The position numbers and the translations under genes were made by a program. Below, one piece after another: positions 6,897-15,428 of a stretch of 20,000 nt of DNA. Within the stretch, counting starts at the first letter, position 1. Every line of letters begins with the position of its first letter. Origin of the DNA: an uncultured virus (IMG/VR IMGVR_UViG_3300037067_016944) (Duplodnaviria; Heunggongvirae; Uroviricota; Caudoviricetes); IMG/VR virus record IMGVR_UViG_3300037067_016944; one strand, 5' to 3'. The notes beneath the pieces were generated by a model. That model was not told the origin of the DNA. It saw only the letters and a list, made by a program, of their open reading frames with translations, and did no database searches.

Positions 6897-7841
6897 CTAC
6901 ACATCATTGCAGATTATATCTATAGCCTGGTGATGATCTAATTTGTTGAATCTTGTGGTAAAATCGAATCGATTATAGGAACTGCAAAAGTAGAACTTAT
7001 GTCTGGTTTCTGGTGGTAGTGTGCGGCTCGCGTCTTCGTAATATCTTGCTTCTTCGATGAATCTCTTCTTACGGCTGTCTGCTGTGCAGTCTAGGTTTTG
7101 GCCATAGAAATGCAACATTTCCTTACCATCAACAACCACAGCTCCCATATCAATACCGAAGATATATATCTTATCGTAGCCTAACCATAATGCTACTTGC
7201 ATTGCTGCATAGACGCTTGATCTGCCAATATGGAATCCGCTTGCCAAGTCTGTGCTGAATCCGAAACCAGGAATATTTTTAATGAATATTGTCCCTGGTC
7301 TGATATCCTGAATCATTGTAGAATTGAAAATGTAGCCGTTATATCTCGACCATAGATCATTATGCCGTTTTAATTGTGAGATATCACAGAACAACCAATA
7401 CTTCGTCGGCCAGATGCGTGCATCTGGTTTGTTGATTGACATAATATCGACACGTGGATTGACAAGCAAGCGTGTCGTGTCAACTTCAAGCACGCTAGGG
7501 CCATTGGCGATTATTGCTAGCACTCGCCCGACGCATGAATTACGTAGTTCACGCAGCTTTCTGGTGCTAGCTTCTGGCGGATCACGTGTGACGACTTTGA
7601 CTGTCGGCTTATTGACTCTACCCGGCTGTTGTTTTGCTGCAACACCCCTCCTAGGTATTACTGGTGGTCGACGGGGTAGCTGTGAAGCAAGTGGAGGAAT
7701 TACAGCATGCGGCCTCATAACAGCCCGCAGAGCTTTCGTGACGGAAGGTTGTGGGCGAACTGCTGGTCTAGCAGCTCGCGGCAGAATAATCTCGCGTCTG
7801 GTGTTGTTGCTTATTGGTCGGACTCTTAAATTTAAAATCAT
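6897..7841 (-). CDS. DUF115/Maf-like (GT29/GT42-type fold) glycosyltransferase-like protein with Pro/Arg-rich N-terminus
   Basis: Motifs AIIANGPSV, MSIN, YWLFCD and SSVYAAMQVALWLGYDKIYIFGIDM. The first ~95 aa are low-complexity and rich in P, R and V. Confidence 0.75.
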   Translation of the reverse strand: MILNLRVRPISNNTRREIILPRAARPAVRPQPSVTKALRAVMRPHAVIPPLASQLPRRPPVIPRRGVAAKQQPGRVNKPTVKVVTRDPPEASTRKLRELRNSCVGRVLAIIANGPSVLEVDTTRLLVNPRVDIMSINKPDARIWPTKYWLFCDISQLKRHNDLWSRYNGYIFNSTMIQDIRPGTIFIKNIPGFGFSTDLASGFHIGRSSVYAAMQVALWLGYDKIYIFGIDMGAVVVDGKEMLHFYGQNLDCTADSRKKRFIEEARYYEDASRTLPPETRHKFYFCSSYNRFDFTTRFNKLDHHQAIDIICNDV

Positions 7842-7875
7842 AAACTAATATTTTCCGCCAATAAGCGAAAAGACT

Positions 7876-8520
7876 TTAATGATCGATCTTGACACGAGAG
7901 CGCAGACCTGCTCTACTATAGGCTCGCACAGCGCCGGTATCTTCGATCACGAGGTTATCGGCAAAAGCGGAGAAGTTCTTTTTCTGCCTGGTGTCCTTAC
8001 TTAATATACTATATATACAACGATGGATTGTTGTAGTCAAGAGATTAAAAACAGGGGCCCTGCCCGGAGTGTACTTGAGCTTGCCACGAGCAATTTTGCT
8101 GATGACTTGAACGAGCGCATCACTGGCAAGATTGTTCGTCTCCTCTGCAGATTGCTGGTTAAATTTACTAGCAATGCCCTGACACATCTTTGCGATATCT
8201 TGCAGCATGGCTTGCCAGCTTGTTGTCGTCGACTGTTCGTGATAATATCCTTGTTCTGCAAGCTGTGTTGTGGTAAGACTACTTGGCAAAACCCAAGTGA
8301 TTTTATTACCAATGGTGCAGAAACTTACATTCCCAGGGATGATATGGTGCAGGCGTGTTGCGCAGCAAGGGTCCTGTATTTCACTATCCGGCAGCATACC
8401 TATTATGAGAGTCCAAAGCACACCTTTAACTCGCAGTTGTTCAATGCTCGGTGTATCACTAGAGACGAGCCACTCGAACCAGTTTCGTTCGAGTACCTGT
8501 GTGTCGCAATATTTCGCCAT
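7876..8520 (-). CDS. T4 gp55-like (region-2-only) sigma factor
   Basis: C-terminal IAKMCQGIASKFN...LASDALVQV...YTPGRAPVFNLLTTTIHRCIYSILSKDTRQKK parallels gp55-family D.I...I.NFDP...NPFAYFTQII..AF...I.KEKKQ. No region 4. Start moved to ATG 8520 (AAGGGA ribosome-binding site). Confidence 0.6.
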   Translation of the reverse strand: MAKYCDTQVLERNWFEWLVSSDTPSIEQLRVKGVLWTLIIGMLPDSEIQDPCCATRLHHIIPGNVSFCTIGNKITWVLPSSLTTTQLAEQGYYHEQSTTTSWQAMLQDIAKMCQGIASKFNQQSAEETNNLASDALVQVISKIARGKLKYTPGRAPVFNLLTTTIHRCIYSILSKDTRQKKNFSAFADNLVIEDTGAVRAYSRAGLRSRVKIDH

Positions 8521-8547
8521 CGTCGAGAATTCCCTTTCTGTTTTTCT

Positions 8548-8553
8548 AATACA
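8548..8553 (-). promoter_or_regulatory. TGTATT candidate phage promoter element
   Basis: 27 nt upstream of ATG 8520 in the 50-nt divergent spacer. Confidence 0.5.
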
Positions 8554-8570
8554 CGCGAAGGAATGTTTGT

Positions 8571-9917
8571 ATGTCCAAAGTAAGACAAGTTCCGGAGGTC
8601 TTCTTACGCGGTTCACTCGCCAACGTTACAATGCGAGGGCTAACCGAGGAACAGCAGGCTAGAATAGAAGAGCTAATGATTACAGTCGGAGAGCATGAAG
8701 TTCTCGCCGGGCATAGACAAGAATTCATTTACCAGCTGGGATCAACAATAGCAGCCGATTATCACGACAACATCAATGCGGCTGAAGAAGAATTTCGCAT
8801 AGCAGTCTGGCGTGGCCTTGTTCATCTTCTCTATCACACTGATTACAATTTCGAATGCTCTTTGTGCCATAATACCTCTTTCGTCAGCCAGAGCAACCGA
8901 CTCACTCCTTTCAATCGTCGTTTCGACTTCTGTCCATCTTGCCATGCATGTCTGATATCTGACCCAGGAGACAGCACGTTTGAAGTAGGTGCTTCATTGT
9001 CGCAGGACGAGTATCTGTTCATGGTAGATCGGATGGAACGTGAAAGTAAACGCCCACCGACAATCAAGAGCCCAATCCTTGCGATTCACGGAGCCCCAAA
9101 AGTCGAAGACCCAGAACGAATCCTCAACGACCCAGAACAACTGAAGAAGTTCTTCGGGTCTTTCATTTGGAACTATTTCAGGCAGATTTTGCTTGAAAAT
9201 CCGATAACAAAGCATCAGAAACGCACGGTAGGATTATTCGGTCCAACCGACAAGACTGCTGCTGATACAATCAATCTACTATTGGCTGATCTTAAAGCCT
9301 TTCACGTTTACTATGGAGTCCCAGAACGCAATCCGTCATTCCCAATCGATGACGCCTGCTACGCTATCTCATGCGATCCGATGCTGCTATCTCCATCTGA
9401 CTTCTATCCAAGATTCTGGGAGATCAAGGAACGTCTTTTGTCTCTCGGTGGAGAGGTCGCCATCAGCCCTAACTATATTGTCATCCGCGACATGCAGGGG
9501 CAGGCACCATACACCGAATTTGCCGCATCTGTAAACTCAGAAGTTCAAATTGTGAATAATGTCGTTGGCCACCGAGACGATGATGGTGACTCAATCGACG
9601 TCATATCACAATTAGAGGATCAACACATGCTAGAAGATAGCACGAATGCCGTCGAAGTGCGTGAGATCATTGCTCACGTACAAGACTGCTTGCCAGATGG
9701 TCGCTGTCAAGCAGTCTTTCAATTGTTATCTGGTACCGGCCCAATCTACCAAGATTTCGTTCGGCAATTCCCAGATACACCAAGGGTTAATCAAGGAATT
9801 CCACACAACAACCGTATGGCGAAATTCCTTGGATGCACATCGAAGGATATCAAGCAGTACCAACAAACCATTGGGCTGCAATTGATCGCACACGGTGTGG
9901 CCGTTGGGACCGATTAA
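8571..9917 (+). CDS. Sigma70-like factor with Zn-ribbon insertion and C-terminal HTH
   Basis: Region-2-like AEEEFRIAVWRG and KKFFGSFIWNYFRQIL flank CSLC-x19-CPSC. The C-terminus LPDGRCQAVFQL...NRMAKFLGCTSKDIKQYQQTI resembles the region 4 HTH. AAGGA ribosome-binding site. Confidence 0.6.
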   Translation: MSKVRQVPEVFLRGSLANVTMRGLTEEQQARIEELMITVGEHEVLAGHRQEFIYQLGSTIAADYHDNINAAEEEFRIAVWRGLVHLLYHTDYNFECSLCHNTSFVSQSNRLTPFNRRFDFCPSCHACLISDPGDSTFEVGASLSQDEYLFMVDRMERESKRPPTIKSPILAIHGAPKVEDPERILNDPEQLKKFFGSFIWNYFRQILLENPITKHQKRTVGLFGPTDKTAADTINLLLADLKAFHVYYGVPERNPSFPIDDACYAISCDPMLLSPSDFYPRFWEIKERLLSLGGEVAISPNYIVIRDMQGQAPYTEFAASVNSEVQIVNNVVGHRDDDGDSIDVISQLEDQHMLEDSTNAVEVREIIAHVQDCLPDGRCQAVFQLLSGTGPIYQDFVRQFPDTPRVNQGIPHNNRMAKFLGCTSKDIKQYQQTIGLQLIAHGVAVGTD

Positions 9918-10448
9918 TCACCACTTCGGCCCACCGGGCTTGCTCCAGAACTGCTGAGCCATTCCAAGACCCGAAGCTCTCGGGTGCTGATAAGGCAGCG
10001 GGATGATTCGAGGAGTAAGATTGACGTAACCTTCCTCGTGCTGTTCGAAGACTCGCGTCACGAATTTGATTATGCGTCGTGGTGTTGTCTGCCGCGTTGC
10101 TGACTGGTCTTCTGCCAGAATCTGCCCGTGCTGAAGCTGTAACGTAAGACGCTTCAACCCCATGTGGAATGTCTCACCGAGATAACATCGTTGGTTGCCG
10201 AGAACAAACAAATTCCAGCCAAGTTTAGCAGTGTCTCCAAGTGGATCGATATTTCTGACGTACGGGACAACTTCTATCTTGTCTGACATCTCTGACACAG
10301 CAAACTGCATATCTTGAATCAGAGGTGGATAGAGTAATTGATCAAGTTTAGTTTTGTCGAATCCTTTGCTGGCGAAATAGCGGACGAGAAGCCTTTCGGC
10401 AACATCATTGTTCAGAGCGGTGCGTAGTTTGTCTGCAAAGCGATCCAT
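9918..10448 (-). CDS. Hypothetical protein
   Basis: About 176 aa from ATG 10448, which removes the overlap with kamA. Its stop abuts the convergent sigma-like gene with no gap. Confidence 0.7.
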   Translation of the reverse strand: MDRFADKLRTALNNDVAERLLVRYFASKGFDKTKLDQLLYPPLIQDMQFAVSEMSDKIEVVPYVRNIDPLGDTAKLGWNLFVLGNQRCYLGETFHMGLKRLTLQLQHGQILAEDQSATRQTTPRRIIKFVTRVFEQHEEGYVNLTPRIIPLPYQHPRASGLGMAQQFWSKPGGPKW

Positions 10449-10459
10449 AATTTTATATT

Positions 10460-11626
10460 TTATCCCGGATAGTGGCAAGTCTTGCCACAGAAGTTTCGAA
10501 GAGTGGTCCCCGTCTCGTCATGTTTGACCACATAATCCGGTTGTATCGGTATCTTCCCAGCACCACCGGGGCCATCTACCACGAACGTTGGTATAGCATA
10601 GCCAGAAGTATATCCTCTTAGACCCTCAATAATTTCTACACCTTTCGAGATTGGAGTTCTGAAGTGTGCAGTTCCAGTGACCGGATCGCATTGGTATAGA
10701 TAATATGGTCTTACCCGTATCTTCAACAAGAGATGCATTAACGATTTCATAGTTTCAACATTATCGTTGATACCTGATAGGAGTACTGTCTGTGAACCAA
10801 GTGGTATGCCTACATCAGCCAGCATTGTACAAGCTTTCGCACATTCGGGAGTGCATTCGTCTGGATGTGAGAAATGTATGCTCACGAAAAGTGGATGGTG
10901 CTTCTTGAGAACGTTGCACAACTTACGTGTAATTCTCTGCGGTAGGACGACCGGCACCTTCGTACCAATTCTGACGATTTCGACGTGCTTTATAGTGTGT
11001 AGCTCGCTCAATATCGAATCGAGTTTGCCGTCTAAGAGCAGCAGTGGATCGCCGCCAGACAAGATTACATCTCTGATCTCGTCGTGTTGCCTTATATAAT
11101 CGAAGGCAGCTTTCAACTGTGTCGGTGTCGTCGTCTTTGCGTTCTGGATGCCGATTAACCTCGAACGAGTGCAGTATCGACAATAACTTGAACAACGTCC
11201 AGACACCAAAACGAGTGCCCTGTCGCGATACCTATGGACGAGTTTTGGGATGGGGCTATCTCTGTCTTCTGCTAGCGGATCTTCAGCTTCGCCTGGCGAT
11301 GTGTAGAATTCGTCGAAGGTTGGAATAACCGTCCGTCGAAGTGGTTGGTCGGGGTCGGTCGGCGATATCAGGCTGAGATAATACGGCGTTATATTGACTG
11401 CCTGCCTGCCGTAGCTATAGAGCTTCACCATAGCCGTGCTCTCTTTGCTACTAAGATCAATGACGGCCTCTAGTTGCTCCTTCGTCGTATATCTATTACT
11501 TAACTGCCACCGCCAGTCGTTCCAATCCCCGTCGACTATACCTGGAAAATATCGTTCGCGAAAAGCTTGTGTTATAGAACTAGGTGGCTCGGCGACCAAC
11601 GCCGATTGGCCCTCTGAGCTGTCCAT
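10460..11626 (-). CDS. kamA: KamA-family radical SAM protein (lysine 2,3-aminomutase)
   Basis: Motifs WNDWRWQL, EDPLAED, VHRY, CSSYCRYCTR, SGGDPL, RIGTKVPVVLPQRIT, PYYLYQCD and PGGAGKIP (PLP-binding Lys). Start moved to ATG 11626 (AGGAG ribosome-binding site). Confidence 0.9.
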   Translation of the reverse strand: MDSSEGQSALVAEPPSSITQAFRERYFPGIVDGDWNDWRWQLSNRYTTKEQLEAVIDLSSKESTAMVKLYSYGRQAVNITPYYLSLISPTDPDQPLRRTVIPTFDEFYTSPGEAEDPLAEDRDSPIPKLVHRYRDRALVLVSGRCSSYCRYCTRSRLIGIQNAKTTTPTQLKAAFDYIRQHDEIRDVILSGGDPLLLLDGKLDSILSELHTIKHVEIVRIGTKVPVVLPQRITRKLCNVLKKHHPLFVSIHFSHPDECTPECAKACTMLADVGIPLGSQTVLLSGINDNVETMKSLMHLLLKIRVRPYYLYQCDPVTGTAHFRTPISKGVEIIEGLRGYTSGYAIPTFVVDGPGGAGKIPIQPDYVVKHDETGTTLRNFCGKTCHYPG

Positions 11627-11642
11627 TATTCCAACGCTCCTA

Positions 11643-13826
11643 TTATCGGATATCAGTGACGTGGGAGAACCTATCGGTTCTTTCAACAGTGATTTGGTGT
11701 GGGAAGACGTCGTGGAAACAATCACTATGTGAGATTATAAAGATGGATTCAAACCTAGTTGCTAAATCATCTTTGATCACGCTTATCAACATCTGACGGC
11801 CAGACTCGTCGAGAGCTTTCTCGGGTTCGTCCAATACTAGGATATTAGACTGCGGGCCATGGATGCCCTGGTGTAGGTCGAACACTGCGAACATGAAGGC
11901 TAGATCGGTGCGACCACGCTCTCCGCCGCTCTGGAAATCGTAACCCCAAAGATTGCTCTCGACGCCAAGTGAATCAGTCAAGGACACCTTGATATCCAGT
12001 CCGAACAGGTCTAAATAATGGTGTAACCTTGAGTTGAAGTATGGCTGGTGTCTGCTAATCAAGTAGCTCTTGATCTTCCTACGATCACTATACGCCTTCT
12101 GAATATATAACAGGTGCGTTAATATGATATTATAGGTCGTTAAGTCTTTCTGCTCCGCTTTGACTTGATCTTCATTTTCCTTGATTTTTTGGCCGAGTTC
12201 TATAATCGATCTAGTGTGAGTGTTCTTTTCATCTGCAATATCTGTAGCATCTTTTACCGCTTGACGCATCGAATCTAATAACGTGTTCCGTTGTGAGTTC
12301 TTTGCATTTGCTTCATTGACCGTAATATCCGGCTTTGTGGTCGCCAGTTTGCCTCTGGTAGTTGTTATCAGTTTTTCTAATTGGGCCTTTTTAGCCTCTA
12401 GCTCAGATTTAACCGATGCTGCCGTTTCGTTAGCAGCTTTCGTCGACGCCTCAAGTTGCTTGTCAATGGCGGCTACCATCGCGTTAGATTTTGTAGAAGC
12501 CGCTGATATAGCAGTTTCCGCTTCTGATTCTAGTTTTTCGATTTGTTTGTTTATCTTAGCAATTTTAGCTTCTTGGCTGCCGATATCACTCTGCAGCTTA
12601 AGCACTTCACGTTCTGCAGTATTTTTTACAGCTTTAGGACCATCGATCTTGCTATTTGCGTAATCGGCTGGAAGTTCGCGTTCGCATTCGACACAGATTT
12701 TACCAGACTTTGCAATCCACTTTTTGATAATGGTGTCTTGCGAAGTAACGATGCCATTTTGGTTTGAAATCTCAGTACGTATAGCTAGTATCTTCTTATT
12801 GATAACGTCTATTTCATCTTGCTTACTCTTAGTGGCAGCATCGCACGCATTTTGTATTGATTCCTCTTCAGTGTCGGATGATTCTGAGACCGCATCCTTC
12901 GCTGTTTGGGCTTCTTCTTTCAATCGCATCATAGTTTTTAGCTTCACGTTCTCGGCATTAGATATACCTGATTCTGCTGTGGTGATCTGCGATTGAATCT
13001 CGGTTATTTTGGCGTTGATCTTATCAACTATAACCCATTTTCTAGCTAATGCATCAGTATCGATCAAAACGCATTGTGCCGCTTTTTCTTCATATTCTTT
13101 TGCCAGCTTTAATTTAGATTCACGACGTTCTTTTCTACTGGCTTCAAAAGTCGACGATGAGCTTTGAGCAGTATTGAACTGCTCAACGAGGGTAGCTATA
13201 GTCGACTCCAAGTTGGCTATTTTCGTCTTGCGCTTCTCTTGTTCGATTAGCGCTCTATCGTATTTATCTTTCGCGACTTCGGCGTATATCGATAGACGAT
13301 CGATACCCATAATGCGTTCGAACGACTGCCGCCTGGCTTGGTCTTGCATAGCTAGCCACGGCTGGCGATATTGCGAGAAGAAGACAGATCCGCAGAATAG
13401 GCCATAATCGAATTTCAACTCTTTATCTAACAACCTCTGTTGGTTGCCGGTAGTCGAAAGTGTGCAGTTGATTATTTCTTGCGTGCCGCGTCTAAACAGG
13501 AGCTCGGTATCGCCTTGGCGAGTCCTAATGCGAGTTAGCTCATCGCCATTCTTGAACCTTAAACCTACTTTCGCATTGCCAGAAGAAAACCAATTGAGAA
13601 TTCTGTCACCAGGATTCTGGTTGTAGACGGTTTTCCCAGATAGACACCATAGTATAGCCTGCATCATAGAACTCTTACCGGAGCCGTTTGATTTGCCATA
13701 TGTATCGGCTCTATCTAACACGTTGCCGACTATAAAGCACTGCTCCATGCCAGCCAGCTTAAGCGTCGTGTTATACGGACCCCAGCTAATGAAATTCTCG
13801 ATGCTGACTGAATCTAGGTCGATCAT
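11643..13826 (-). CDS. SbcC/Rad50/T4 gp46-like recombination ATPase
   Basis: Walker A NGSGKSS, Q-loop FFSQ, coiled coil with Zn-hook CVEC, signature SGGE, Walker B LVLDE and H-loop IISH. Confidence 0.92.
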   Translation of the reverse strand: MIDLDSVSIENFISWGPYNTTLKLAGMEQCFIVGNVLDRADTYGKSNGSGKSSMMQAILWCLSGKTVYNQNPGDRILNWFSSGNAKVGLRFKNGDELTRIRTRQGDTELLFRRGTQEIINCTLSTTGNQQRLLDKELKFDYGLFCGSVFFSQYRQPWLAMQDQARRQSFERIMGIDRLSIYAEVAKDKYDRALIEQEKRKTKIANLESTIATLVEQFNTAQSSSSTFEASRKERRESKLKLAKEYEEKAAQCVLIDTDALARKWVIVDKINAKITEIQSQITTAESGISNAENVKLKTMMRLKEEAQTAKDAVSESSDTEEESIQNACDAATKSKQDEIDVINKKILAIRTEISNQNGIVTSQDTIIKKWIAKSGKICVECERELPADYANSKIDGPKAVKNTAEREVLKLQSDIGSQEAKIAKINKQIEKLESEAETAISAASTKSNAMVAAIDKQLEASTKAANETAASVKSELEAKKAQLEKLITTTRGKLATTKPDITVNEANAKNSQRNTLLDSMRQAVKDATDIADEKNTHTRSIIELGQKIKENEDQVKAEQKDLTTYNIILTHLLYIQKAYSDRRKIKSYLISRHQPYFNSRLHHYLDLFGLDIKVSLTDSLGVESNLWGYDFQSGGERGRTDLAFMFAVFDLHQGIHGPQSNILVLDEPEKALDESGRQMLISVIKDDLATRFESIFIISHSDCFHDVFPHQITVERTDRFSHVTDIR

Positions 13827-13837
13827 TTTCTATACCT

Positions 13838-13900
13838 TGGTTTTTCGATATCTCACTTTATTAATACAGTTGTGGCCGTACAAGAAAATCGAAGAAACCA
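13838..13900 (-). promoter_or_regulatory. Inverted repeat enclosing TGTATT and reaching the ribosome-binding site of the gp46-like gene
   Basis: TGGTTTTTCGAT (13838-13849) pairs with ATCGAA(G)AAACCA (13888-13900): 12 bp with one bulge. Confidence 0.5.
13863..13868 (-). promoter_or_regulatory. TGTATT candidate phage promoter element
   Basis: 36 nt upstream of ATG 13826 (gp46-like gene). Confidence 0.5.
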
Positions 13901-13906
13901 GCCTGT

Positions 13907-14533
13907 TTAAATGCGAGTTCTGCAGACCCATGCTACATTATCAAAAGCAGCCTTATTATACGGAATCAGGTGGTTATCACAACATGCCTGCTCTATATCC
14001 TTGTCGCAGATTTCGTGCCAATTCCATTTCTTCTGGAACATGTCGCAGTAGAATTTGTCAGCGTTCTCGCAATAATCATGTGCCATAATATAATCTCCCG
14101 TTTTTATAATGGCAGACAATATCGTGAATTCACTTTTCTTATTACCTCCATCGCATAAAACAAGCGTCACGCCACTCTGCGCGACGAAATCTTTGATGTG
14201 CTGTTTGCAATCATCAGTATCGAAAATATTCTGTACCTTAATATCGACGCCTTTGACTCTGAGTTCAGTGTAAAATGGGTGCTCACAGATATCATATGAC
14301 ACGAGCTGGCAATCTAGACCAAGATTTCTAATTACGGTGGACAAGAAATAGGTGAACCCACCGCCACCAGTACCAATTTCTAGTATTCTGCTTGGTTTAA
14401 CTTTTTCGATGAAGTCGGCGAATATTTGATATGCCAAATGATTCTGTTGAGCTGAATATCCAAGATATTCAGATCCATAATGATCGTCATCTGCCATATC
14501 ACTAAACTTGGTAATGTCAGATGTTATGTCCAT
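13907..14533 (-). CDS. Class I SAM-dependent methyltransferase (CmcI/Methyltransf_24-like)
   Basis: Motifs KPSRILEIGTGGGG, LVSYDI, LVLCDGG and YIMAHDY. ATG 14533 preferred over TTG 14551. Confidence 0.8.
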   Translation of the reverse strand: MDITSDITKFSDMADDDHYGSEYLGYSAQQNHLAYQIFADFIEKVKPSRILEIGTGGGGFTYFLSTVIRNLGLDCQLVSYDICEHPFYTELRVKGVDIKVQNIFDTDDCKQHIKDFVAQSGVTLVLCDGGNKKSEFTILSAIIKTGDYIMAHDYCENADKFYCDMFQKKWNWHEICDKDIEQACCDNHLIPYNKAAFDNVAWVCRTRI

Positions 14534-15426
14534 AATAATTCTTTTTGGCAATAGGTATCGATACTCGATACGACTCTTGACATATCTGAGAACGACTGTC
14601 GTTTGTCTGCAACTCTGACCGGCCTTTCTAATAAAGCCATCAATTCGAATTTCGTTGAAAAAGTTGATAAATTCAACCTTTCTATTGTCGATTTAGGTAT
14701 GAACGGACGGTCGTCCATTACCGGTACTAAAACTCGTGTCCCTCGATAGGCCATATCTATCACACTATGTTCATAACTACCAGGATGAGTCAAGATATAT
14801 GTTTCAAAATGAGAGGTCGCATCAAGATAATCAGTATACGATTTTTCTGCTATCGGCATCACCCACCTGGGAAAATTTTCAGATGTAGCGCAACCGCAAC
14901 GACGTAACTGAGAAATAGAGAATCGATGCTTGCATGGTGTTAACCAGTTGTAAAGCTGTAGGCTCCATTCTTTGTTTGTGCCACAGTACGGTGGCCAGAC
15001 ATGATCAAGAAGAATAGTGCTTTTAGATTTGATGTTGTTATGCTCATCCAAGATTTTGGATAAGCACGGCAGCGGAATCTCTTCGCAGTGTGTTATCGTT
15101 GCTTGTGGCAGATAAACAAAGCAATAATCCACATATGTTTTTGTTAGGCCCAGCTCCATGAATGATATAGTTTTGTATTTTGCTCGTCTCCGCATCGCAG
15201 CTAGTTGGCCAAACTCAAGATCTCCGAAGCAAGCATGGAACAAAACAAAATCTGGATGTGTGTTTGATAGTGGTTCATATATGCTCTGGAATTCTAATGC
15301 AACATGTGGCAATTTTGAAAATTCATCCCATAACGCCCATGTCATCATATGCACCGAGCTACGAGATTCATTAAGGCTACTAGGGTTCTTTAAGCTCAAA
15401 ATACAAAGACTATAAGATTTAGACAT
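14524..15426 (-). CDS. Putative GT-B glycosyltransferase-like protein
   Basis: C-terminal YILTHPGSYEHSVIDMAYRGTRVLVP resembles a degenerate GT4 E-x7-E..A.G..V motif; located in the glycan cluster. Confidence 0.5.
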   Translation of the reverse strand: MSKSYSLCILSLKNPSSLNESRSSVHMMTWALWDEFSKLPHVALEFQSIYEPLSNTHPDFVLFHACFGDLEFGQLAAMRRRAKYKTISFMELGLTKTYVDYCFVYLPQATITHCEEIPLPCLSKILDEHNNIKSKSTILLDHVWPPYCGTNKEWSLQLYNWLTPCKHRFSISQLRRCGCATSENFPRWVMPIAEKSYTDYLDATSHFETYILTHPGSYEHSVIDMAYRGTRVLVPVMDDRPFIPKSTIERLNLSTFSTKFELMALLERPVRVADKRQSFSDMSRVVSSIDTYCQKELLWT

Positions 15427-15428
15427 GG

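Noticed and set aside
8529..8564. Short inverted repeat ATTCC/GGAAT in the divergent spacer
   Set aside because: Explained by two opposite-strand Shine-Dalgarno sequences being complementary.
8521..8616. N-terminal extension making the two sigma-like genes overlap
   Set aside because: ATG 8520 has a ribosome-binding site and leaves a normal 50-nt divergent spacer. The same reasoning trimmed the starts at 3148, 10478, 11725, 14551 and 17125.
10460..11626. Calling the aminomutase epmB (EF-P modification)
   Set aside because: Motifs (WNDWRWQL, YLYQCD, GGAGKIP) fit the KamA/AblA type better, and no efp or epmA is in the window.
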